Both the position numbers and the translations under genes were made by a program. A stretch of 60,131 nucleotides of DNA from positions 1 through 60,131 of the forward strand of contig JALDZX010000086.1 in NCBI GenBank assembly GCA_022813865.1. Direction: 5' to 3'. The notes beneath the pieces were generated by a model that had not been told where the DNA came from, did not search any database, and saw nothing but the letters and a program-made list of their open reading frames with translations. Origin of the DNA: Xylographa opegraphella. Its lineage: Eukaryota. Shown here piece after piece: positions 36,940 through 49,062 of this stretch. Each line of letters opens with the position of its first letter. Within the stretch, counting starts at the first letter, position 1.

Positions 36940-39019
36940 CTATATTTTCTCACTGTTGTGTGAGCTGTCTAGGACTGCCCTCAACCTTGCAACGGCTTCC
37001 TCTGCGATTCTTTCCTCCTCCTCCGCTGCCTGATCTGCTACACCAATCCCACCTTCCCGAAGGTTGCCTTCGTAGGAAGCTTGAACTGTTCCCAGGGTCC
37101 TTCGCCCCTCCTCCCGAACTCTTTCTACCCATGCTTCTCTCGCGCTTTCCCACATCCGCTGCAATCTTCTCGCACTCCATGCGAACCCCAGTGTACCAAT
37201 GGCACCGGCTTCGTAGATCGAAGTGGTGGACAGAGAGATGTAGAGGAGACTGGAGAGTGTAGTGGTAAGAAAAGTGGTTGATAGTGATTGAAGCAGAAGC
37301 TTTTGTGCAAGCGCTTGGAGCGTCGTGACGCTTAGAAGAAGGTTTTCTCGTGTAAGACCTATTTGTTGTACATGGCGGTTTGGAGTTTCGAACCCTAGCT
37401 TTCGATATGATTCGTCGTCAGAGGAAGGTAGTACATCTCCTAATTTTAGAGCAGGTGGTTTAGTGCCCAGTTTGGGTATTGTGCTCGCAGTACGCACAGC
37501 AGGACTATCAACGACAGTCGAAGCGGGATAAAGTCCCGCCTGCAGAATTCGTCCATCTATCCATATGAGCTCCTTCTCTGCATTTACCAAGAATGACCTT
37601 TGCAGAATATCTGACGCAACGATGCCAACATCGTCAACTCGCCATAGCAGCTTCCACCATGCAAGCTTTCGCCAGGCGGTGCCGTTGAAAGCGAAGGTGA
37701 GCTGATCTCGGAGTTCAGTATGGGCACGTTCGGCCCACCTCGTGAGAGCGTGTAAGAGAGGTGTCCGCGTTGAGTCCGGCACGCTGGAGGAGGCTGTGAA
37801 CGCCAAACGGTCAGACTTAACCTTGGATATGGTGTGAGAGGTATCATTTAGAATCGACCAGATTAGTGACTTGAGGGCTGGTTTGAGAACATTCGATTCA
37901 GTAGCGGAGGTTCCAGAGATAATGAATTTGGAAACAGAGGAGATGTTGCTCGCAAGCCACTTATGCTCATAATCGGAAGAGTTATCAATAGTCTTTCGAA
38001 ATGAGGTGATTGCTGCTTCGGACTGAACAAGGTTGAACAGGGTTATAGGCCGATCGCTCGAACCTATTGATTCCCAAGAAACATTGACAGCACCTCTGAT
38101 CAAATCGTCCCGCCCTTCAGTGTTGCCAGAATAGACAACCAAAGGCATTCCTAGGATCCCTTCAATATCTTCGCCATAGATGATGGTTTTGTGAACAGGA
38201 TAGGTCACTGTTGTATTACGTCCAGATGCGGAGGAGGGAGTCTCAAGTGTTGGAACAAGGAGGTCTTGACTTGCTATCTCCCTTGCCATTTTGTCTTCGT
38301 TTCGCCTGTTACTAAATCCATGAATAAGAATCTCAATCCTGTGGCGTTCCAATATTGTGGATGGTATTGAAAGGATACGCAGAAGTGGATGCCGTTGGTC
38401 GAAGGCATAGTCCTCACGGAACCTATTTGTACTTTAGCAGGAACATCAAAGGAAGATTTCGTCAAGCGTACCGCACGAGTAGTGCTCCAGTATCTTTAGG
38501 TTCCTCGTCCTTCAAATGTCTCTCCCAAGGCTGCTCTGGACTTAGAGGATCGGCCAACACGGCTGCGACAAGCCTTTTTGCTCCTCGCAATCCATTGAGA
38601 CCGACGACTAGATCATTTAGTCATCGAGGGCTTCGTCTGTGATCATACGCTGACTTACCAGCGACGCGTATTGTCGGGTTGTCCGACTCTAACCCCCGCA
38701 GGGCCAGTTGGAGCCGACTGAGGTTCGTAAAGGTAGCTGTTGTGTGCTCAAACGCAGAGAGCTCCTTGTGGAGTCTCCGATTATGCGTGGGTATTGTTTT
38801 TGTAGCATATACAGCGGTTACTGAGGCGACAGAGGAAATACATCGTTTCAACGGATGCGAGTGCTGGTAGACATTCAGGCTCCGATGCTTGTGACGCGCT
38901 CCATGAGCCGCGGTCCCCAAGGCTCTTCTACCTAAACAAGGCAAGCAGACATGTATCTGAGATATGATGTCCGAATGGAAATATCTGACTTTCCTTTCGA
39001 GAAAAGCCCTAGTAGGCAT
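36940..39019 (-). CDS. Conserved fungal protein, probably mitochondrial (Mmc1-like), 3 exons
   Basis: Basic presequence-like N-terminus, NLSRLQLALRGLE, WAERAHTELRDQL..WRKLAWWKLLWRVDDV, and C-terminal hydrophobic segments. Two GT-AG introns in 38410-38660. Family name is recalled from motifs only. Confidence 0.7.
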
Positions 39020-39459
39020 TTGGGAGGATTCATGTTTACGAGAAATCAGTCTAAACATGAACTTGATTTGACAAGGATCGTCACAGCCCTAAGCTGTTAC
39101 TGCATTCGGGCTGAAGGCTTCACTAAGGTATTATCCAGACTCACGACTCCTCAGAGTACTGCAGTGCATGTCTTCATTGCTTCTCTTATGCACTATTCGG
39201 ACTTTGTTCTTGCTATGTTCATATACTACCAGCACTTGAACACAGGAGCCTTACACTTGACTCGACTCAAAATTCTGCAATCCCGATCCCAGAAAATCAT
39301 GGTCCATTAGCCTCCATTACTCATCAGAAGTGATGTTCTGTTCCTTGATACGCTCCGTATCGTCCCGACCAAATGCTGGCATATCTACACCAAAAGATCG
39401 TCATGCATCAAAAAGCTAAGCTCATCAGACAGCAAGAGCGAGCCCGGGAGTTCCGATGG

Positions 39460-41335
39460 TTAGCCCCGTCGACTCCTGCCGGACCCGGAGGACCTTGGTT
39501 AATTAGACCTTGGCATGAGATCTCTATACAGGATTACTCACATGCTTATCCTCCGTGCGACCTGCGCCAATCCATTATCGTTTTCCGCTTCGAAGCTAGC
39601 CCGTTCCAATGCCTGCTTTCGATCTTCTTCACTTTTTTTGGTGACTTCGTCATGCGTTGGCGGTAGCCTCTCGTTGTCCAGATCAACTTTTCTGGCGTCT
39701 TCGAAATTGTGGATAGCTTGCTTGATGCCCTCTGCGCCCAGCATGAGAGTTCCCGCTGGCAAGCGGCCGCCAGAAGCTGTCTTCAATTCCGTAACTCGCT
39801 CGGATTCTTCTCTTAGAACCTGGAAAACTCGTGACAACCGTCCTATGGCAAGAATCTTGTTCTTAATCGCACGGCGTTTGAAGTCTGTAGAGTCCACATC
39901 CATGTTTGTTGGCGGCGGCGAGCCAGGTCCAGCAGAGACCGGCGTTTCGTCCTCGAGCTCCTCTTTTGAGCACGTGTTGAGTATTGCAATAAGCATATCG
40001 GTGATCTTTTCGCCCACGAAAGGAAGAGACCACGTGAACACGTCCATGAAATTAGGAAGCCAATAAGGATGTGGCGTACAGTTGAATTGGCGAATATTCA
40101 TAACGTTGTTCTCGTATTTCAGCACTGCGGCTTTATTGTTGTAAACGTCGAGATAATTAGGTGCGCTAAATATGGTCATGACGCTCGGAAATCCAGTGGT
40201 TCTCGTTTTACGATACATACGGTAGCCAGCGTCCTGAGCCTCGTGTGCTCGAATGACTGACAACAAATTGTTCTTCTCTAAGAAAGCACATGCAGCCGGA
40301 TATGAAAAGAAGTACGAACAACCTCTGACGTGATTGTGGATGAAGAATTCTGATGTTTTTTCCTGACCGAATTCCTCGAGTGGGTCAGCCCAGAGTATGT
40401 CGCACATGAGACCATGCGTCGGTGGTTCGCGAAAGCGGTCGATCTAGAAATCGTCAGACATCCACCATTACAGCCATTCCAAATAGAGAAACTAACACTC
40501 TTGAGATCTTCTAGCGTATGTAGCTCCGGGCTGAGCCCTCCATGTATACAAAGAAACTGCTTGTTCATAATTGCGGCCAGCGGAAGTGCGCAGAAAGAAT
40601 CCATACAAGCTTCATATATGCGCTCGGAGTATTTGTGCTTGCATTCGAGTTTGAAGGTGAAGTAGTCCGTCAAATGCCGGCATTCGTGGTTTCCTCGTAG
40701 TAGCCATAACGTATTTGGGTACCATATTTTTAGCGACCACAAGTATAGAACACACTGCGCAATTGTTAGACCTGCGAAGCATAGTGAGCTAGAAGGAGAT
40801 TCTCCTACCTCTATACTAAAATATCCTCGATCTACATAATCCCCGAGAAACAAATAACGAGTTTCCGATGGATCGCCACCCACTTCGAAGAGTTTCATCA
40901 AGTCAAAATACTGACCGTGCACATCGCCGCAGACTGTGATGGGAGCGTCCATCTCTAGTAGATTGGGCTCGCTCTTTAGGACTTCAGTGCCAGCTTGTAT
41001 AATCCAAAGCGCTTGGTCTTCGGTCAATCGGCCCTCTCGGTAGAAATGCTGCTTGAGGAATTGAAGGTTCGGCTTTGAGCGGTCTTGGGAAGAGAAGAAT
41101 TGATCATCGGTTGGCGGATTGAACGCTGGTGCTTGTACCTCTGGAGCCGCGATTGTGAGTCTCGTATTATCGTACTGAGATTCAATCAAATACCTTTGCA
41201 TACACGCTCCTGAGTGCTCACCTGGGAGCCGTCCTCCATGGTGTGCAAGGTGAAGTCTATCTCCGGTATCGGCTTCTTGTCGTGTACAGCCCGAATTGTC
41301 TTCTCGAGCTGGTTCGGACCGCTTCCACCCTCCAT
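39460..41335 (-). CDS. cnaA: Calcineurin catalytic subunit A (PP2B), multi-exon
   Basis: [87 protein letters not shown]. CaM-binding [17 protein letters not shown] and autoinhibitory [16 protein letters not shown]. Last exon [10 protein letters not shown]. Confidence 0.98.
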
Positions 41336-42031
41336 CCTGTCGACGCTCCGAGACTGTCGTGACGTTCTAAAGTTGCAATTCGGTGATATGCGGTGGTATA
41401 AGTTGAGAATGTGAAAGTCGTAGAGTAGTCAGTGCACAGGTCGAATTCTAATGCCGTAGCGACCTGCAGCTGAGAATAGCAGAAGTGGCGCGAATATAGT
41501 GGTACCTTGTAGATCCGGGAAGGCCCCAAATATGTTTGTGGAATATGAAATGTCTCGATACCAAGAAAACAAGTTGGTCTACACGAAATCGGGTTCCGAT
41601 AATTGAATTCTGTGCGAAAAGGCTTTAGGAAACGGCAAAGTAAAAGCGATGTTGGTTGCTTGAGAGAGGTTGATACCGTTCTAGCTAGAGAGCTAGCGCC
41701 ACACTATAGGGCTGAGCGCAACACGGCCTAATCTGATAGTGGGGTGGTGCCCTGCAGTTCATGTCACATTTCTATTCAGTGAGTCGTTCATATTCATCAA
41801 CTCTCAGAGGCGCCTTTCAACTGTGTGTAGTATACCTATGCACAAGTTATAGTGCCGGTGCTTGGACAGGAAGAATATCTAGCACGATGCGGCTGAAGCT
41901 GCTGTTGGAGCACCTCAGCAGGGATTCAATAGTTTGTCCGAGCCCTCCTTACAAGCACGTGCTTGACGATTCATGCAATTTCAAATCTGCGTGATTCAAA
42001 CATATCCTGAACAACTCTTTATCGGAGCAGG

Positions 42032-42624
42032 ATGCCTGAGAGGAGTACACAACCCGCTGTACCCCACGCTTAATTGTTTGCATACTAAAAGAATCAACAG
42101 AGCCCCACCCATTGCTCGCTCAAGTTCCGCTGACCGTGTCTCCATTCATCTCATTACCCACTGCCATAACTCTGCCATACACGTACAAAACTTTACCATC
42201 AACCTTACCCCCATCCTCAACGGGCGAAGACAACGGTACCGGTAAGCCGAAATACGTAGTATCCGCGTCCGGTCACGCCGCTCATCCGGACGAGATTATC
42301 GCCTCATGTAAAGCTTTGCAAGCACACTTACAGAAGATCCAAGATGATGCAGAACGCACGATTCGGGAGTGGGAGGATAGCATCAAGGAACGAGAACTTG
42401 CTGAGAAGAGAAGGCTAGCTCCAGGATGGCTTGATCGGGAAGAAAAGATCCTCGAGCCAGCCAAGAAGCGAAGCAGTGTAGCGGCATCAAGCGCTGGAGT
42501 GCTGCCAGAGCCAAACATAATGGACAGCCAAGACGGTGGCCCTGCCGTAAGAAGCTTGACCGAAGAGAAAGCGGCCGAGGGTGAGGAGCTAGATCGAGCT
42601 TTTGGAGGGATGGGACTCCGATGA
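42032..42624 (+). CDS. Conserved fungal hypothetical protein (coiled-coil, RRLAPGWLD motif); first exon uncertain
   Basis: PHPLLAQVPLTVSPFISLPTAITLPYTYKTLPSTLPPS...ELAEKRRLAPGWLDREEKILEP...GEELDRAFG. Acceptor CAG at 42098-42100; candidate ATG at 42032. Confidence 0.75.
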
Positions 42625-42869
42625 CAGCTGCTCTGCCGTCGGAGGTGGTTTGCTTCGATTGAGCAACAGCTAGATATTTTATGCTTTCGTTTTGTATTCA
42701 ATGAATGTCTTCATGATATCAGAAAAATTCCACTCGATGTCTCCTATGACCCATGATGACAAGCTGTCCCCGGATACGAACTGCACCAATATCTGATTTA
42801 CCAGACCTACGTAAACCTCACCAACAAGAAGGGAAGCCATAGATCTTGACTGCCAACTCTCCAAGCACC

Positions 42870-43891
42870 ATGGAAATACTACACGAGCCTCCATCAACCT
42901 CTTCCTTCACCCCACTATCAGAGCATCAATCTCGGACGCCCTCATCCTTCTACTCCGGCCGGGCAGTCCTGTACCACCACTCCGCTGCCACCAGTCTCAT
43001 AATCCTCGAATACGACACCATCACCTCCTCCCCTCTAGCCAACCTAGCAGACGCAATCCCCACCAACGGAGCCGCTACTAATGGAGACACGGACCACTCG
43101 ATGTCAGCGGAGATCGTCGTGGAGGGCGTGGACGTGTGGGTGACTTCCGAGTACGAAAACCTCCGACGCAATGAATGTTCTCGACGCTCTGAACACAATG
43201 CTTACATTACGCCCGTAGGAAGTTCATCCTCTACCGCCCCTCCATCCAGACCGGAGTCTCGATCCCCTACCCCAGCATATCGCTGCACGCCATCCAGAGC
43301 CACATTTCCGGGACATCGACCGATGCTCCGGCGCAGGGGCTCTACATGCAGCTCGACACCTCGGACGGCTTCGACGACCACGACCCTTCCGACACGATCG
43401 CCTTGACTATCATTCCCTCTCAATCACATTCACCGACTGAGGATCCTCGGGAGTCCGCTCCGCCGCCTCTGGAAGCGGACCACGACACCACCACCAGTGA
43501 TTTACCGCAACCTGATGGCGTGGAGCTGCCTGTGCAAACACTATTCGCGGCGCTCTCCGCTTGTGCGAATCTGCACCCGGACCCCGCTTCTCCCGGTTCT
43601 GCAGACGCAATGGATGAAGGGCAGGGGTTGGGCTCCTATCTGTACCAGGGTGGGGATGTCGCGAGGAGTGCAGCGGACGGATTGCCCCCGGCTATGCCAG
43701 GCAGCGGCGGCTGGATTACGGCGGAGAATATGGGGGACTACTTCGACGAAGATGGGAATTGGCGAAGCGGAGAGCTTGGGGTGGGAGCGGGAGTGGTGAG
43801 AGTGAGAGATGAGCATGAGGGGGAAGCTCGGGACGAGGGTAACGGAGATGGAGAGGATGAGGATGAGGCGAAGAGGAGGAGAACAGAGTAG
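42870..43891 (+). CDS. LOT5: LOT5/pICln (Voldacs domain) protein
   Basis: FTPLSEHQSRTPSSFY, VDVWVTSE|KF..GVSIPYPSISLHAI, LYMQL, LFAALSACANLHPDP, GSGGWITAENM. Intron 43151-43218. Confidence 0.9.
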
Positions 43892-44350
43892 ATCATCTAT
43901 CTTGGGAATGATGCATTTCCTGAGATGGTCATACACGCTACTTCCTTTTGAAATGACAAGTTCGTCCGGGTTATTGCCTGCAGATGGCCACCATAAAAAT
44001 TTCTGATAACAGTGCGTGCAAGATTGTTTATCTGTCTTCGATTGACCGTAATTTACAGCCGGTTCCTGGACTGGCGTATCGGTGAGTGCCGTTGTTTATG
44101 GCGGATTACCTAACTGCATGCATGCCTCCTGAAATTGTATGGGAAGAAAGCTTGAGTGACACACTGGGACAAGGGCATTTATTGGCGAATGGAGGCTAAC
44201 TTCTTAGATATCGTATAGTTGCTGGCTCCAATTCATATATCCATGAAAATGAAGACTAGCAAGAAAAAGAGTCTCGGACCAAACGAGCTTCTTCATTCAA
44301 GTACGGAAAATATTAATAAGCACAAGAAGCCGAGAAGGAAACCCGAGAAT

Positions 44351-46948
44351 CTATCTGCCTCCAGTAGAATGATTCACTTGTTCGAAAATTGTGTCCGGTA
44401 TAGTCAAATGATCTGACATATCGAAATCCGCCGTTATCCCAAGGCCAACCACCTCATCTTCCCTATTCATGTTTCCCCATACTCTCTCAATTGGTCTTAC
44501 GTTGGAATCGACATTTCTATGGACCTTCGGGAAGCTACGCTTGGGTGTTACCAAGTCGAGTCCTTCCGAATCATTTGTTTCTGGATTGCCTGGCGAGGTG
44601 TTCATGTAGTAAATAGCATCGGAGTCGAAGACCTTGCTATTTTTCTTTCGTAGTTGGTTCATAACTGTAAGAGCGAGAGGACGAGTTGGAGATCTTCCGG
44701 CACTGCGCACCGGGGAGCCTCGATCTGGAGATCGTTTCGTTGGAGGCCGTCTCATTGGAGCACCCCATGTTCCTCTTACAAAACGATGCTCCATAACATG
44801 ACCTTCCAGTACCGGACGCTTTTCAGGTGCATGTGAGACGTTTGACGAGAGATTCTTGTCGTCCGCGATTGTTATTTGAGGACTATCCAAATATTCTGGC
44901 TGAGAGGCATTCTGTACGAACGGTTCTCTCAGCAACCATAATGGATGCGAAGGTGTTCCCGGGATGATACTCGACCGTCGATTATATGGCTTCACTGAAC
45001 TTGGTTTGCGCGTGGGTGTGGAAACGAGGTCTTCTGATGAAGCGCCACGTTCCGTATTATAGGATTCATACACTGAAACTACTTCTGAATAGTCTCCCGA
45101 AACCCTTGATCGCCCCCTTCCTGGTGTTGATGGAGGTTTGAGCCATGTCTCGAGTGTTAGAATTGACGGAGGTCGCGGTGACACTTTATCCTGCTGAGGA
45201 CTTGTGAAGAAAAGTCCCGGTAGAGCTTGTGGTCGTGAAGCTACATTTTCGTTGTCGGCGAGCTCCTCCACCACTGCCTCAAAAGCAATAGAACTGGGTC
45301 TTGATGAAGTGAAAGAGATACGTTGACGGCTTTGGCGTTTGTGGCCTTGATCTCTATTCTTTAGAGCAGATGGCTTTCCTGGTTTGATCTCGGTTCTTTC
45401 ATCCCAGATGAACGGTTGAGCAGTCGGATCAGAAGCCGGTCGCGCTGTAATAACTTCATCAAGACTACTTTTGTTTCCTGATGTTTCTTGCAAGATAGAC
45501 ATTGATACTCTTAGTGGGGACTCCTTTCTTGAACTTAATTGAGTCAGATAGGATTTTGACGAGCTTGATTGTGTCGATATTGCTGTAAATGTGGATGGGT
45601 CGTCACCGTTGCATAGTGGCAAAATCCTATGTGTGTTGAAGCTATTGAATGTGTCCTTACTGAACATATCAAGGCGGGAGGCGCTTGACGCACTCCGAGA
45701 AGACCCGTATTGGTCAACGAGGGAGGGTGCAAGGCCACTACTAGGATTTCTGGATAGTGGATGTCTCGAAATACTTGATGCGCATGATTCACGCTGCCGA
45801 AGATGAAGCTTGGTTCGTGCTAACTCGAATGAATCAGAAAAGACGGCAGTGCCTGGCATTTGTGACTTCTGGCTGTTCCAAGACCTTCTGACCTCGCTAG
45901 ATGATATAGGGATTTCGTTACTAGGTTCAAATAGCAGACCAATGGATCCAAGTTCAACCTCATTGCGAGCAGGTGGACCAAAAACGTCGTCGTCATATAA
46001 GGAGCTGCTAAGACTTGCAGAGCTTACTGTTGAAGCTCGGGCACCCAGATCCTTGGGATGACTCCTGAGTGCCTGTACTCTGCTCCAACGAGGAATCTCT
46101 CGAGGAAGCTCTGGGGGTGGAGAGTGCATTCGTAGGATTGGAGCATCGCCTGAATATTGTCTGTGCACACTGAACGATCTTGTCATGGTCGACCTTATCT
46201 CATCTCCTAGTGGATGACCAAGATCGGTTGCTGGTAATACATCTTGAATTGTCTGAGGCGGACCAGTAGGAACACTCCGCCTGTGCGTACCTACATAGTG
46301 TTTAGGTTGGCTATGTATATGGTAGTGATCTTTTCGCCTCCCTGATTTTGTTGGATCTCGAGTAGATGCAGTATGTCGAGAGGATTTCGCCAGCTCTCCC
46401 ATTCTGTCATACGATCTGGATTGCTTCTCGGAATGATCTCGTGAACGACGCTCAGTAATCGGGGTTAGCTTGAGTGAACTTGAGGCATGGTGTCTAATGC
46501 GAGCTGCAGGTAGAGATCGAGGTACTTCGTTACTAATCACTTGAAGATCTGGGTAGCTGACACTGAGTGCTATGCCCCTCGATGCACCACTCGTTGCGGA
46601 TCGTCTTGACAAGCTATCTCGGGACCCTACATTCTTCCATCCTTCCCAAAACCCGTATGGACTTCGCGCGGATGCGATATGGCGTGGAGTTCTAGGTGGA
46701 CGATTTCGATCAGCTTCGGACGGTGTAAGACTGAGATGTCCTCCAGGGTAGCGGCTCAAGCGCCAGTTTTTAACTGTGCGATTCGAGTCTATACGGCGTC
46801 TCCTCTGACGTTTGACAATGGCGTACACAGCTGCAAGAACAATCAATAAAAAGGTAAGGCCTCCAGCTGATGCAGCAATTATCAGGGTGGTACTCTGAGG
46901 TATCGCGGCGGCCATTACTATGCCTTTGATCTGCTCAGAGACTCTCAT
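44351..46948 (-). CDS. Single-pass membrane protein with long Ser/Arg/Pro-rich disordered cytoplasmic tail (hypothetical)
   Basis: 865-aa intronless ORF. TM helix LIIAASAGGLTFLLIVLAAVYAIV is followed by basic KRQRRRR; later KPSALK..GHKRQSRQRIS. Confidence 0.8.
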   Translation of the reverse strand: MRVSEQIKGIVMAAAIPQSTTLIIAASAGGLTFLLIVLAAVYAIVKRQRRRRIDSNRTVKNWRLSRYPGGHLSLTPSEADRNRPPRTPRHIASARSPYGFWEGWKNVGSRDSLSRRSATSGASRGIALSVSYPDLQVISNEVPRSLPAARIRHHASSSLKLTPITERRSRDHSEKQSRSYDRMGELAKSSRHTASTRDPTKSGRRKDHYHIHSQPKHYVGTHRRSVPTGPPQTIQDVLPATDLGHPLGDEIRSTMTRSFSVHRQYSGDAPILRMHSPPPELPREIPRWSRVQALRSHPKDLGARASTVSSASLSSSLYDDDVFGPPARNEVELGSIGLLFEPSNEIPISSSEVRRSWNSQKSQMPGTAVFSDSFELARTKLHLRQRESCASSISRHPLSRNPSSGLAPSLVDQYGSSRSASSASRLDMFSKDTFNSFNTHRILPLCNGDDPSTFTAISTQSSSSKSYLTQLSSRKESPLRVSMSILQETSGNKSSLDEVITARPASDPTAQPFIWDERTEIKPGKPSALKNRDQGHKRQSRQRISFTSSRPSSIAFEAVVEELADNENVASRPQALPGLFFTSPQQDKVSPRPPSILTLETWLKPPSTPGRGRSRVSGDYSEVVSVYESYNTERGASSEDLVSTPTRKPSSVKPYNRRSSIIPGTPSHPLWLLREPFVQNASQPEYLDSPQITIADDKNLSSNVSHAPEKRPVLEGHVMEHRFVRGTWGAPMRRPPTKRSPDRGSPVRSAGRSPTRPLALTVMNQLRKKNSKVFDSDAIYYMNTSPGNPETNDSEGLDLVTPKRSFPKVHRNVDSNVRPIERVWGNMNREDEVVGLGITADFDMSDHLTIPDTIFEQVNHSTGGR

Positions 46949-47754
46949 GAAACCCGAATGTCATGCACACTGAATGAAGCAGGATACCGGCAGTAAGAGC
47001 AAGGGAGACATATTTGTAGGGAATGTGAAGTGATTAGCACCACGTGGAAAAGACCCATTCTTGAGTCCAAGAATAGAAGAAAACAAATAAAATGATCACC
47101 ACAAGTGGAAGAATCTCAATGTTTTCCCAAGCATATACTCATGCTTGGCCCTTGCAGAACACGAGATAATGATCGATATGAATTAGAACATAAATGCTGA
47201 TAGCTTATGAACGCTCTATGATTGTATCGCCCTACTCTAGATATTCAAAGGCTACATCAATACGTCTGCCTCCTGCACAGGTAAAGGCGAGCATATGACC
47301 AGCTATAGCGAAGACGTGTCGTGAATGAGGACAGTATCAATAGAACTTGTTTCCTGTCCTTACTTTCGTGACGGAGACGCCGGCGTGCAATTTAATGCTT
47401 ACTGTGCGTCTATTCATCCTGACTGTGAAATGTAAGAAGTGTAGGATTGGCTGGCGGATCCTGCGGAGCTTTGCAGCTGCGACCGATGGCCTGCGATGAA
47501 GATTCAGGCCAATCATGGTGCGGAGACGGCGGCTTAAGCACCTCCTTTGGGCTTAATGCCGTAATTAATCCTATCGATAAGCCTCCCTGCCCCTCCAAGC
47601 CCTCGCTGACTAACCCCCACCAGAGGCTCCTACATCATACTTCGAGCAATCGGTTCAAACTTTTCTTCCTCTCTTAAAACAGTTCCACAGAACAGAAATC
47701 TATCTTATCCAGACGTGCTCGATCGATTTTAAGATCGATTTCCTATATTGAATT

Positions 47755-48800
47755 ATGGCTGACTCTGCAATGGATGGAGGGCACTTTGCTCACAACAACA
47801 CCGTAGCACCGAAGGAGGAGAAGATCCTGCCCCTGTTTTCCAACAAGGGAAAGACGGCGATTGTATCAGGTGCCGGAGCCGGTATTGGCCTGGCTGTTGC
47901 TCAAGGCCTGGCCGAGTCTGGTGCAAACGTCGCTATCTGGTACAACAGCAACAAGAAGGCTATTGAACGTGCCGAGGCCATCGCGAAAGAGTATGGTGTC
48001 AAATGTGAGTACTGCTCGATGCTAGTATTCGACGTATCTGTGTGAGACTGATAAGCTTTGGATCTCAGGCAAGGCGTACCAAGTCAATGTCACTGATGCA
48101 AAGCACGTTCAAGAGTCGATCGACGAAATTGTCAAGGAGTTCAACGGACGTCTCGATATTTTCATTGCCAACGCCGGTATCCCCTGGACTCAAGGAGCTA
48201 TGCTCGACGGAGAGATTGACCACTACCACAAGGTTGTTGCTACGGACCTTGACAGCACCTTCTATTGTGCAAGAGCAGCTGCTATGCACTGGAGACGCCA
48301 GAAGAAGGAAGGGACCGACATGAACGGCAAGAAGTTGGAGAACTACACATATGGATCCTTCGTCGCAACGGCCAGTATGAGCGGGCACATCGTCAACATA
48401 CCACAATTGCAAGCAGCATATAATGCCGCCAAAGCTGGCATTATCCATCTGGGTAAGCAGTTCACAAAGTAAATCTCAGACACATTTGCTAATAAATCTT
48501 AGTTAAATCACTTGCAGTCGAATGGGTTCAATTTGCCCGCGCCAACTCTGTGTCTCCAGGTTATATGGCCACTGAGATCTCCGACTTTGTCCCCAAAGTG
48601 ACCAAGGATATCTGGAAGGATAAAATTCCCATGGGACGGGAGGGTGAAGCTCATGAGCTCAAAGGGGTAAATTCAAGTCCTTCTTTAATCAGACTTGCTT
48701 GCTAACATCAACATAGGCATACCTCTACCTTTCAAGTGACGCTGCGAGCTACACTACAGGCGCTGATATAATCTGCGATGGTGGTTATTGCTTGCCATAG
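47755..48800 (+). CDS. lxr3: Short-chain dehydrogenase, L-xylulose reductase (LXR3)/Sou1-like, 4 exons
   Basis: ILPLFSNKGKTAIVSGAGAGIG, IANAGIPW, TASMSGHIVNIPQLQAAYNAAKA (YxxxK), ARANSVSPGY, IPMGREG, YTTGADIICDGGYCLP*. Confidence 0.9.
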
Positions 48801-49062
48801 AGGTCGGGTCTGAAACCCTGCGATTCAGGCCAAGGTCATGCGGGTGACTATTCATATTCATGTATATAGCGTCCAGAACATGGGAGACTAGATTACGTAA
48901 AGGTCACTACCAGATTTGGAAGCCACATCTAGACCAGAATTGTTTTGCTGGAAGTCCCGAGCAAGAGTGAATGACATTAGAATGCGATTTGTTACCGGCT
49001 GGCCACAATTTGTACTTCCCTGTTATGGCATGTTATTGTCCTTGTAACCCTTTTCATGAATC